A stretch of 63,696 nucleotides of DNA, counting the filler, from Phoronis australis (taxonomy: Eukaryota > Animalia > Phoronida), in NCBI GenBank assembly GCA_002633005.1. It is 11 parts of 11 records of this genome, joined end to end, with 100 filler letters (N's around TTAATTAATTAA, not from the genome) between each part and the next. Parts side by side here need not be neighbours in the genome. Positions count along the whole stretch, not along the records: positions 1 to 13,955 come from NMRA01001214.1; positions 14,056 to 20,285 come from NMRA01001109.1; positions 20,386 to 28,352 come from NMRA01001956.1; 8 more parts are not named here. The stretch is one strand, 5' to 3'. This document shows positions 12,334 to 23,459 of the stretch, in pieces (position 1 is the first letter of the stretch; each line of letters begins with the position of its first letter). The notes beneath the pieces are model-generated. The model searched no databases. It had not been told where the DNA came from and saw only the letters and a list, made by a program, of their open reading frames with translations. Position numbers and translations under genes: made by a program.

Positions 12334-13595
12334 TTCCAAGTAAAGGCAGGAACCAACTAAAAACTCATACTCCCTGCCACAAGTTAGACATTGTGGTCAT
12401 TGGTGGGTGATGTTTTCCCACAGTTGCCGTGTAATTCGCTCGACGTAGGTCACTCTTGTTCGTTTAGCAGACTTTGATAGGAGTTTTCAAATTTTCTTCC
12501 AAACTAAGTTTTGAGGGTTGTCGAGGGATACAGAGTACTATTTTGTTTCTGAGAACTTGATTGGAAAATAGTTTTTAGTAAAACCACCGGGGTTGGGTAT
12601 CCTTTTAATACTTGGAAACCGGGTCAAAAATGTAGACCAAAGAGGAATTTTCAACGGCGAACGAAGGTAGAAAGGCAGGCAGCCGGGTGATGATGCATGA
12701 CAAATTGAAAATAATCCATTCGTGCACTAAACTTGCGTCGTCGGGCGTCTTTCAGCTGCACTAAGTATGTACATCGCGCAAGTCTGCAACAGTTTATAAA
12801 ACTGGGTCACAATGCGATGTAAACTTAAACCTGGTTTAGATGTCACTTCGGTGGTGAAATGAAAAATGGCTTTAAACCAGGCTTTAACTGGAATAAAACT
12901 AGGGTTTACTAGACCACTGGTCTAAAATTTAAACCACCTTTAGGAACTGCAAATTATCTTTAAACCTGGACTAAGTACTATTCAAAGCGGGTTTAACTGA
13001 ATGCAGTGTTGATAGCGCAAGTGGCGGACATTAAAAAACTACATGAATCGAATTTTAACGCAAACCAGAATAGTCATAACTTACTAACTATTTAAACAAA
13101 AGAATGAATCCAGAAATTTACTTTTGAAATTTCAGTGATGCTTCAATGAAATATTCGCCACAGTTGAATGGTACTGTTTTCACTTTTAGTGAACTTAATT
13201 GTTGTAAAACTCCAACTAAATTAAACACAATTGTTGAATATTAGTTAACAATATAAAATTATTGACATTCATACTCGGTCACCATGTCACAGGCCAAAAC
13301 ATGTGATAAATACCTCGGCGGAGTATAATTCCATGCAAATCCGATTTCGGCCTTTTAACAGATATTAATTTAAAGCGACTTTCCCATCCAGTTCTCGGAA
13401 ACAAAGTAATACTTTGTATCCCTCGACAACCCTCAAAAGTTTTTTTTCAGAAAATTTGGAAACTTTCAAAGTCTAAGTCGCTTTTCAGTGAATTACATGG
13501 CAACTGTGGAACAAGAACACGACCAAGGACCATAATGTCCAATATGTGACGTAAGGAGTATGAGTTTTCAGTTGATCACTGCCCTTAACTTGGAA
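12334..13595. repeat. Diverged long inverted repeat pair (about 240-bp arms: 12334-12570 and 13378-13595), probable old foldback-type DNA element
   Basis: TTGAGGGTTGTCGAGGGATACA (about 12511) pairs with TGTATCCCTCGACAACCCTCAA (about 13415); AAAACTCATACTCC pairs with GGAGTATGAGTTTT. Confidence 0.7.
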
Positions 13596-13955
13596 TATAG
13601 ATGCATTGGCAAGTCACAGAACTAGGATTGGTAGAAATCATAAAAACAGGGTTTAGTTTTCTTTTAAGTAATTCATGTATGGACTTAGGTCAATTCTTTC
13701 GATCGCTGGTCAGTCAGGTACTAGTTTTTAGCCAAAATATCGTAAAGAGGATTAAAAAGACTTCTAAGAAATGCTTGGAATAGACGAAGGAACAATTAAT
13801 TACATTTTTACGTTATAATAATAATAGTTAAACATTACAGTGATTAATTATGACTTACGATTGTCTAAATAAATATTTCTCGAAGTATGACAATAATGAA
13901 CTTATCTCGTTCTTGAGCTCTTACATAGCTGGGTTACCTTCGTGTTCTGCACCCG

Positions 13956-14055
13956 NNNNNNNNNNNNNNNNNNNNNNNNNNNNNNNNNNNNNNNNNNNNT
14001 TAATTAATTAANNNNNNNNNNNNNNNNNNNNNNNNNNNNNNNNNNNNNNNNNNNN
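13956..14055. other. Artificial contig linker 44N-TTAATTAATTAA-44N. Also at 20286, 28353, 36394, 46961, 49676, 53577, 56158, 58902 and 61352
   Basis: An identical 100-bp spacer occurs ten times. The palindromic 12-mer places stop codons in all six frames, as in pseudomolecule joins. Confidence 0.97.
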
Positions 14056-15423
14056 AAAACAACTTGAGGAGATGCGCACGCATCTAAACTACATCCTGTC
14101 CAAATTTCATGTTTGTATTTGAGAGTATAGTGCTCTTTTGGATAGGAGGAACAAGAGGTACTTTTTCGAAAGTTGATCGCACGGCAGAAAATCGTGCGCT
14201 AAAAAAAGCTTACAAAAAATGATTTATCAGCGATAATTTGAGACAAAAAGATTACAAACTTACAAATAAAGACTAAGGTAACGATTTATAACACAAAATT
14301 ATCTTATAGTTAACTTTGAAGTCTGAAATCGGGTAATTTACCGACGTGGGTTTTACACGGAGGCAGATATGGAGCACCGTGACCTACTTTTTGATTGTCC
14401 TCCCTACCAAAAGATCACACTCACAGCACAATGCCAATTTTTTCAACACCGTTTAATAATTCACTCGCGTCTAACAAAAGGAAAACGCTTCTCGGTGTTG
14501 TTAAATATTCGTTAAATATGCATTACTTTGTGTGCAACTACGATATTCCACTAGAAAACCATATACACCGCTAATCATACCTCTTTCAGGTAGGAATTCC
14601 TTTGACATGCTAGCGCCATGTCTGATCACGAACTTTCTCTTACCGTTTGCGAGAGTTTCTGATGCATTGTGGGACTGACAGCCATTTTCTAGAGTTTGTG
14701 CGGTAGCGAATATGACGGAATATGTGATTTCCTTCGCATCAAAACAAGAACACATTTAATGGAAACGTGACAAGTTGGCAAATGTCAGGTACTATAGGCT
14801 GTGATCTATTTCTCATATATGTTGTTTTTGAAAACGCGTTAAAAACTGGATGACAAAAGGTGGTTTGGTATAGCCTATCTATTTTTCTCGTCCTGCAAAC
14901 TTACCCCAAAACACCGTGGAAAACGTCAATGACTCTGAGTCTGACCTGTTGTTAGAATTCACTTTTGCTTTTCCAGTGTAACTACAGATGCACGATATCT
15001 GAAGCTAAGTTGCTGAGGTAGTTGCCTATTTGTCATTCCACAATTGCAACAGATTCGGCTGACCTGTCAATTTAGTCTTGCACGACTGTCAGCTGGGTCA
15101 AGACAAATGAATAGTTCGGTTGATTTAATTTTTATGTTTGCACTATAGGAGAAAGACATGGATTTCTTCAAAATGTGGCCAACCTTTCATATTACTGCTT
15201 TATAATAGTCAGCAATGACATTTAACGATGCACTTCAATATTAAGCATACAAACTAAGTTCTGAGGAAGAAAAACATGTTTGTGGCAACGTTGGGAATGA
15301 CATATAATTGGAACCTTTTGGCACGATTATTGGATTGTTTACTGTACTGCATTAAGTAAATTCAAAATGGTGGAAGACACCGTGGACTCTTATATCAATG
15401 GTAATTCCTGATAATTGTTTACA

Positions 15424-16676
15424 ATATGACAACAATGACTTAGACATATGATTTTGGTATCGTTCGATTCCTCGCGCCGTCATCTTTCCAAATTATATGA
15501 ATTGCTCCCCTACTGCGTTTCCTCCATATTTTATCATCGAATTTCAGTTGGCACTATTTCCCGGTGGACACCGCCATGTTTGTTAGCTCAACTCAAGATT
15601 ACAGCGACACCTATTGCTAATAAATGAAACAGCATCATTGATTCTGAATGGTGTGTGCCCGCGCGAGATTCCCGCTAAAGTTTTCCTGACATAACATGGG
15701 TGAACAAGTAGAAGCATTTTACCTTTTCCACATTTTTAGAATTGTGTCCATTTGACCATTTTTCCACGAAATTGTCTGAAGTAATACTCTTTTCACAAAT
15801 TTGGACCTCAAAAACAAACTCCGCTTTTTTGGCGGATTCTTGCTAGCAGATGCATATATCAGGGTCACCATAGGATCGAATTCGAACCAGGCCTTCATCC
15901 AGGATTTCGAAAATAGGGTGTCCAAAATGAGGTTCCCAATATTCCAGGGCGTCCATAATTCCGACGCGTAACCCCCCATCCCCAGCAATCCCCCCAACAC
16001 ACAGTTTTTTTTTACAAAAAAATGCATAGACCAAGGTTTTTACATCTAAGTTTACAAAACAGCCTTCTGTAGTGAGCATTTTTAATAAAACATTGGTGTA
16101 GACCAAGACTTTTACAATGCTATCAACCAAGTGTGAGCATAGCAACATTGTATATACTTTGTATATACATTGTATATTTCTTCCTGCTTTGAAAAAAGAG
16201 CCCCCACTGTGAGCATTCAGAGGCTTCCTAGTAATCATTACAATGTGTGTGTCCAAACTTGAAAGGTTCCTATTGACAGTGGGCGTCCAAATGATACATT
16301 GGGCGTCCTTGCCAGGGCGTCCATATTAGTGCTGGGGCGTCCATTTGGACGCCCAGGATGTACGCTGCATGAAGGCCTGATTCAAACCCTTGGTTCCGTA
16401 ACTCGGGCAAGGAATTGAAGGGTCTAGGTCAATTTGAGCTTATGAAAAGCGACGATCTGAAAGTCGGTAGATTAGTTCAGTTTTTGACCGCCAGGTGACT
16501 CCTTCCATTCAACATGGCGGTATTACTACCGTGTACCAGGAATAGTGTGAGCAGAAATTTCGCGATAAAATACTAAGGGAACGGGGTAGGAGAAATTTCT
16601 GTTTATATTTGGAAAGATAACATTGCGAGGAATCGAATGATACCAAAATCATATGTCTAAGTCATTGTCGTCATAT
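15424..16676. mobile_element. Non-autonomous DNA element with about 90-bp terminal inverted repeats
   Basis: ATATGACAACAATGACTTAGACATATGATTTTGGTATCGTTCGATTCCTCGC (15424) is a near-exact reverse complement of GCGAGGAATCGAATGATACCAAAATCATATGTCTAAGTCATTGTCGTCATAT (ends 16676). Confidence 0.75.
15888..16379. mobile_element. hAT-type MITE nested in the 15424-16676 element
   Basis: TIR CAGGCCTTCATCCAG / CTGCATGAAGGCCTG (14/15 match). 8-bp TSD ATTCGAAC / ATTCAAAC. Subterminal GGGCGTCC repeats. Confidence 0.85.
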
Positions 16677-16895
16677 ATTCCTAAGGTAAACTATTGTAGT
16701 ACACTAAAGGTAATTGAACATTTACCCAAGGACTTCTTTGTAATGGCTTCAATATGTTTAACGTACATAAAATCACTGTCCAGAGAATGTTCAGAACTTT
16801 GAAAGACCAAATAATAACATTGAAAATATCACCAAAGTGTAAGTAACCTTTAAGTTGGAAGATGAAGCATGTACTAAATACGTAGTGTACGTACC

Positions 16896-19331
16896 CAGGG
16901 CTCGACATAACGAGCTGCAGGTCGCATTTGCTACCTGAAATATGGAAATGCGAGCTGAGATTTTTGTCAGCTCGTATCAAGTCGCAAAATGCGACCTGGA
17001 ATTTCCAACGAATGCGAGCTGAGTTTTTACACTTCTCAACAGATACCTGGCAAATACAAAGCAGCTCTTGTTAATCCGACCGTTATTTGGTTGTTGCCAA
17101 ATCCAAGTTCAAAAGAACACTAACCGAGAACAGCCCTCCCGATGACTTGTAAGCAAGTCGCGTGAACATGGGATAATATGCAAAATCGATCTTTGACGCG
17201 TTTCATTGGCTAACACTTTCGGCCACTTTTGTAAATTCCCGGATTCGCCGAAGAAAGTTTCGGGCCACAGCTTAACACGTGATAAAACTTCACAAAGCAA
17301 CGGTGTTCTTCTACTAATTCTTAAGCGATCAACTTACCAAACTTTGTGGTGGACAAAAATGTTAATTTTTCTCATAAGATGTCCTTATTACATGTACCAA
17401 ATATGCACGACAATATCCCTGATATCGCACTGCGGCACCACCGCGCGCAAGCGGTCCCGGCAGACAATCGTGACTTAGACTGAGATGTGCTTCTCCTTTT
17501 TATCGTATTAAGACAACCAAAGTGAAAATGACAACCTTATTAATCGCCAAACGATGGTCACGTCTTTACTTTCAGTTGCCAAGAAATTCTCAAACCCTTT
17601 ACTTGTTTATGGGGCTACGTGCGCGAAATATGATATGTCTTTCACACGTTGTTGCCAAAAAGTGTAGGCCTACTCCAGCGATTCAAGTGCATGAACTCAC
17701 GCGTGCGCACCACTTCAAAGAACAGCAACAGTCCTAAATGAAAGAGTATACCGGCTTGGCTCTGGTTTATTTGAAAATGAACTCAGATTCCCAGCGGTTA
17801 TAAATGACCCGATGTCCCGGGACCGATATAACCCAGAACTGACGTTTTCCTGTTCCGATGTTTCCCGAGGTCGATGTTCTGTAAACCCTGTATTCTATAC
17901 CCGTAGCCAGCTATTGCAACTAAACTGGCACTAGATGCGAAACTGTGGTTCAAGTTAGCGAACTTTTCATNNNNNNNNNNNNNNNNNNNNNNNNNNNNNN
18001 NNNNNNNNNNNNNNNNNNNNNNNNNNNNNNNNNNNNNNNNNNNNNNNNNNNNNNNNNNNNNNNNNNNNNNNNNNNNNNNNNNNNNNNNNNNNNNNNNNNN
18101 NNNNNNNNNNNNNNNNNNNNNNNNNNNNNNNNNNNNNNNNNNNNNNNNNNNNNNNNNNNNNNNNNNNNNNNNNNNNNNNNNNNNNNNNNNNNNNNNNNNN
18201 NNNNNNNNNNNNNNNNNNNNNNNNNNNNNNNNNNNNNNNNNNNNNNNNNNNNNNNNNNNNNNNNNNNNNNNNNNNNNNNNNNNNNNNNNNNNNNNNNNNN
18301 NNNNNNNNNNNNNNNNNNNNNNNNNNNNNNNNNNNNNNNNNNNNNNNNNNNNNNNNNNNNNNNNNNNNNNNNNNNNNNNNNNNNNNNNNNNNNNNNNNNN
18401 NNNNNNNNNNNNNNNNNNNNNNNNNNNNNNNNNNNNNNNNNNNNNNNNNNNNNNNNNNNNNNNNNNNNNNNNNNNNNNNNNNNNNNNNNNNNNNNNNNNN
18501 NNNNNNNNNNNNNNNNNNNNNNNNNNNNNNNNNNNNNNNNNNNNNNNNNNNNNNNNNNNNNNNNNNNNNNNNNNNNNNNNNNNNNNNNNNNNNNNNNNNN
18601 NNNNNNNNNNNNNNNNNNNNNNNNNNNNNNNNNNNNNNNNNNNNNNNNNNNNNNNNNNNNNNNNNNNNNNNNNNNNNNNNNNNNNNNNNNNNNNNNNNNN
18701 NNNNNNNNNNNNNNNNNNNNNNNNNNNNNNNNNNNNNNNNNNNNNNNNNNNNNNNNNNNNNNNNNNNNNNNNNNNNNNNNNNNNNNNNNNNNNNNNNNNN
18801 NNNNNNNNNNNNNNNNNNNNNNNNNNNNNNNNNNNNNNNNNNNNNNNNNNNNNNNNNNNNNNNNNNNNNNNNNNNNNNNNNNNNNNNNNNNNNNNNNNNN
18901 NNNNNNNNNNNNNNNNNNNNCCAGATCTAACAAAATCCCGGATACTTTTTCAATGGGCATTTTCTCCCATTTCACATTGCAAATTTAGCTACTCGAATGC
19001 ACAAGTCAGTTAGAGAGCACTGATTCAACTTTCACGTCGGCAACTTGCCTTGCGCTCTAGAGTCTTTCAATGGCGGTCGTGAAGAACAGTAAGGCCGTAC
19101 CTGCATGAATGAAGTCAATTTTGAGATCCGAAATTTGTATTTAACGCTGCAGGTAAGAGCATAATCTAAACATTTTCTCGATGATCTAAAAAATCTATTT
19201 TGTCGCGTAAAAATGGCGGGAAAATTTTGCGACCTGGCATTTACGAATGCGAGCTGATTTTGAAAATGCGACCTGGGATTTTGGCTAGGTCGCAAAATGC
19301 GACCTGACGTTTTTAATAGCGTCGAGCCCTG
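16896..19331. mobile_element. DNA transposon with CAGGGCTCGAC termini and 5-bp TSD (hAT-like); interior partly in the N gap
   Basis: TIR CAGGGCTCGAC (16896) / GTCGAGCCCTG (ends 19331) with GTACC on both flanks. TGCGACCTG, GGTCGCA and TGCGAGCTGA motifs cluster at both ends. Confidence 0.8.
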
Positions 19332-20042
19332 GTACCCCCCCCCTCCCGGTACCACACGGGATTTTCTTATTGATAACAAGGTTATGAATGGACCTAACGT
19401 AGCTTAAACTGTTTAAATCAATTTGTGATTGTTTTAACAACTAGATGAAAAGTAACAATAAAGTTTTTGAACAAGCACTTGCCTGATGTTTCATTTTATT
19501 GAGAATCATATTGCAAGAGAAAAAAGTAATCATTATACTGTGTTAATTTATGTTAATTTATGCGTTGCATCATCGTACTGCTTGATCAATATGAAAATAG
19601 TATGTTTCTTCACGTTAATTAGGTAATTTATGATTTAATAAATGCTACATTAATTTTTTGGAAGATAAAAGTGGGTTGTGACCACAAGCTGTAGTGTACG
19701 TACCCTTCTATACAACTGTGGTGCATCAGGCCATAATTTTTTTTCAGTGTTACTTGTGCAAAAATATTTTAGAATACAAACCTAGAATCCTAGTACACTT
19801 TAAAATGACATAACTTTCAAAGTTATAGGACAACCTTCATTTTTCACTAAAAGTGTCCACCGAATATGGACCTTGATTGTGATTTGGCCATTATGACACA
19901 TTGTACATTTTACTATTGTACATGTTTCAAATTAGAGATTTTATTCATGTGCAAACTTTTAAGTGTTTTTTGAGGAAATTTTATTTTGTGTTTTGCACAC
20001 TTTATTGTTTGCGCCTCTAATTCATTTCATATTTCTTTTCAG

Positions 20043-20285
20043 TCTTCCCACATCAGCCACGTCTGTTTCACTATGGATGAACATCTCGACGGTCTGTCAA
20101 TCAGTGATGGATCACGTGACAAATTGGAATCAGTTGATATGTGCAAGTCGACAGCACATAGTACATCTCTCCTTGCTAATGGCGAGCTTCATCAGTCAAC
20201 AATGCATGGTTGTCATCAGTCACCTTCCCACTGTACGGAATGGATCAGCAATGGACCTATAGTTGGTTGTGGGTGCAGTGACACT
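20043..20285 (+). CDS. Candidate exon of an unidentified gene, truncated by the linker
   Basis: Polypyrimidine acceptor TTTCTTTTCAG (ends 20042), then an open frame ...MDEHLDGLSISDGSRDKLESVDMCKS... up to the gap. No recognisable domain. Confidence 0.35.
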
Positions 20286-20385
20286 NNNNNNNNNNNNNNN
20301 NNNNNNNNNNNNNNNNNNNNNNNNNNNNNTTAATTAATTAANNNNNNNNNNNNNNNNNNNNNNNNNNNNNNNNNNNNNNNNNNNN

Positions 20386-20453
20386 CACTCGGCCTGCCTG
20401 TCCGTGCACTCGGCCTGCCTGTCCATGCACTCGGCCTGCCTGTCCGAGCACTC
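20386..20453. repeat. 21-bp minisatellite CACTCGGCCTGCCTGTCCRWG, 3 or more copies at the contig edge
   Basis: Read directly. Confidence 0.8.
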
Positions 20454-20938
20454 AAAATGTTAAATCTTTCATAGTGGCTAGTTATATTGGATATCATTTA
20501 CTAAGCCCTGCATTCAGATGATGATAAGTGTTATGAGTTGAAAAACTTGCCATGGTGATTTCATAACTCTATTTTGTGAAGTGAACTTATAGGGACTTCA
20601 GGGAGTATGTACTGGACGTACTATAAGCACTGGCTCTTTCCGTCCACAAAAAGGGCAGAAATACGTGAAATCCATCTTAATTCTTCAAACAGCTCTTAAA
20701 CTGCATAGAGGCAAAACTTTGCTTTTACTGAAGTTTCAATAAACGGTAAAGGCTAACTCTGGTAGGTAATCAGCAAGTGAAACTTTGCTTAAAATAGTAG
20801 GATGTAAAACCGAAGCTTCGGTACTCGCCGAAACTTCAGTGTTGTGGAGCAGTCAAAGCGAAGCTTCGTCGAAGTTATCGGTAGAGATCGCAGCAAAGAT
20901 ATGAGGATCATGAGGGACATGCAAAACGTGTTCTTTGC

Positions 20939-21032
20939 TATTGTACTGTTGTTATTGTACCGTTGTTATTGTACCGTTGTTATTGTACCGTTGTTATTGT
21001 ACCTTTGTTATTGTACCGTTGTTATTGTACCG
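20939..21032. repeat. 14-bp minisatellite TTGTACCGTTGTTA, about 6.5 copies
   Basis: Read directly. Confidence 0.9.
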
Positions 21033-22434
21033 TACGTGGCGTGCTCTCAAAAGACAGACGTTTGTAAATAAAAGAAAGCATACCTGATCAAGAATGACAC
21101 TGATCATTTTCATGAACATTGTGAATAGCAGAAGAACAATTTTCAGCTAGCCTCAAACCCACTACTTAATATGCTTTTGAGAATACTAATAAACTACGTC
21201 GTCTGTTGTCACAGTGATAACTTCGATATCACTGTCCAGTCAGAAAGGTAAGCAAAGTTTCACCGAAGCTTTGGTAAACCGAAGTTCCCCTAATGGAAAA
21301 CAACTTTATTCTAATGTTAGATTGAGGTACAATAATAAAGAGTAATTGACCAGAAGTACTTGCAGTTTTCTGATTGTTCAGATTTGCATGCCTGCCAACT
21401 CTGGAGGGTCCATCACAACAATATAATGTTATGTGACTTATTAATGATTATGTTGAGAAAAAGCTTTTCAATTTCAGCAACTCAGAGAGATGGTTCGTGT
21501 TCGCAACAAAAAAGGCAGAAAAAGAGATGTGGCTGAAAAAAGCAAGGTACTATTTAAAGACATATTTGCATGCTTCTAACTATGCTAATGTTTAGCCAAG
21601 AACTGAACGACAATGCTATTTGAACATCATCTACGCTAAACAAAGTGCAGTTGTAATCATTGATAACTTGTAAATGTGAAAACAAAAATATTATGCAACT
21701 AGGTGATCTTTGCACTAATGACGTACCTTGAGGGCTCACATAACCCGCAACATGCTGTGGTATTCCCCTTTATCAGGTCACAATGCTGGAGTGGACACTG
21801 TTTAGTCATTTACGGCACATAATTTTTGACACAAAGCCAGTTCTTCAAAACATTTGGCAATTTTCAACCTACTTCATATTCACATCTTCTCTGTATGTTG
21901 CGTTTCTGTGGAAGAGTGTTTACAAGTGATATCTATAGAGAATGGATTAGATTCCAACAAAACTTAACACAGAGGTATATGATGACAATGCTCTGGCACC
22001 ATTTGATGTTTGGGTGGATTTGACTACTGCAGTGCCCTTGTGGCTGTTTTATATGAGAGCATTTCCAGATGATATGCAGAGAATCGATCGAAGGGTTTCA
22101 ATGAAAGTTGACGCAGAGGTATGTGATGTCAAGAGAAGGCAGTATGGCCTATTGTGATAGGTGGCCGCTTCGTTTACTGGAGATTGTGGGTTGGAGTCTG
22201 ACTAGGCCACACTGCTAGACCCTTAAGTCAGGTTTCTAGCTCCTCAGCTTGGTTTTTACTATACATTAGGAAAGAGTAAAGATGGTTCCATGTGATCCGT
22301 GCAATGGTCCCACATGCGCGGCCTATGCACTTCTGGTACAATGTGTATCAGACCGTCTGCAATTATTTTTTTAAAAGTAGGTTTTCGGCCATCCATAAAT
22401 TTCACAAAATATACTTTTGACTCATGTGGTCAAC

Positions 22435-23243
22435 AGGTGCAAGGTATCTAATTTTCTGAATGACATTTTTCAAGGAATTCTTTTCAATTTCAGTGTTCAG
22501 GTGGTTAAGTCTTCATGCCAATCAATGCATCATTTTTCTAAGCAATTGGGCCATCCAATCAGATAATGGTCATTGAGTGGAAACTTAAATTTTGAGCTAG
22601 ACACTTCAAATTCACATATCTGATTGATACATATGAGCTCTAAGTTTGAAGTTTCAGGTCATTTGGTGCTACCATGGGGTCATTAGGTGCATTTTCTTCT
22701 GAAATTTTGACTTTCATTCAACACGTAATTTGTGTTACCAGTTAGACAGCTGTGATTCTCAGCATTAAACACACTTTTAACGGAGTTTTTCGCAATAGTT
22801 CTACTAAAAGGGGTTATAAAACACCAGAAAGGGTCAGTAAATGCAATGGTCATCTAATTTTCAAAATGTTATTTCTCCTACATTTTTCAAGGAATGCCCT
22901 TCAGTTTCAGCACACAGGTGTCAAAGCTCATTGAGGGCAAACTTAAGTTTTGAATTAAACACTTAAAAAATATATGTGATTGGCACATGTAATTAATTTC
23001 TAATTCCTAAGTTTCAGGTCATTTGGTGCAACCATGGGGTCATTAAGTGCATTGATTTTCTGAAAATTTGATTTATTCATTCAACACATATTCTGATTAT
23101 CAACACTGAGACAACTGTGATTGCCAGCATTAACCACACTTTTCACAGACTTCGCATTAATTCTACTAAAAGGGTCAATTAGTGCAAAGGTCATCTAATT
23201 TTCAATGGGTATTTCTCCTACATTTTTCAAGGAATGCCCCTCA
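22435..23243. repeat. Diverged tandem repeat of about 340-400-bp units (about 2.3 copies)
   Basis: AGTTTCAGGTCATTTGGTGC.ACCATGGGGTCATTA at about 22650 and 23010; CATTTTTCAAGGAAT at about 22464, 22881 and 23221. Confidence 0.8.
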
Positions 23244-23459
23244 AATATTAATATAACTAACTACTGAAGTCTGAAACAGCAATTGTAAGCACAAGTAGAA
23301 TAATGGCAGCTGTTATTTGTAATAGTGTAAATGTGCTCACCAAAACCTGAGATACATATAATGCCTTAAGGAAGTTAAGAGCAGAAACAGAATTTGGAAT
23401 ACTGCTTAAATTATGGAAATGCAAACTAATTTCATGAAACTAATCTAAGGTTGACAAAC

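Noticed and set aside
14000-14011. TTAATTAATTAA palindrome as a biological motif
   Set aside because: Always centred between 44 Ns on each side, so it is a synthetic linker.
17945-18988. Long ORFs over N-runs (also 39548-40706)
   Set aside because: Artefacts of translating assembly gaps.
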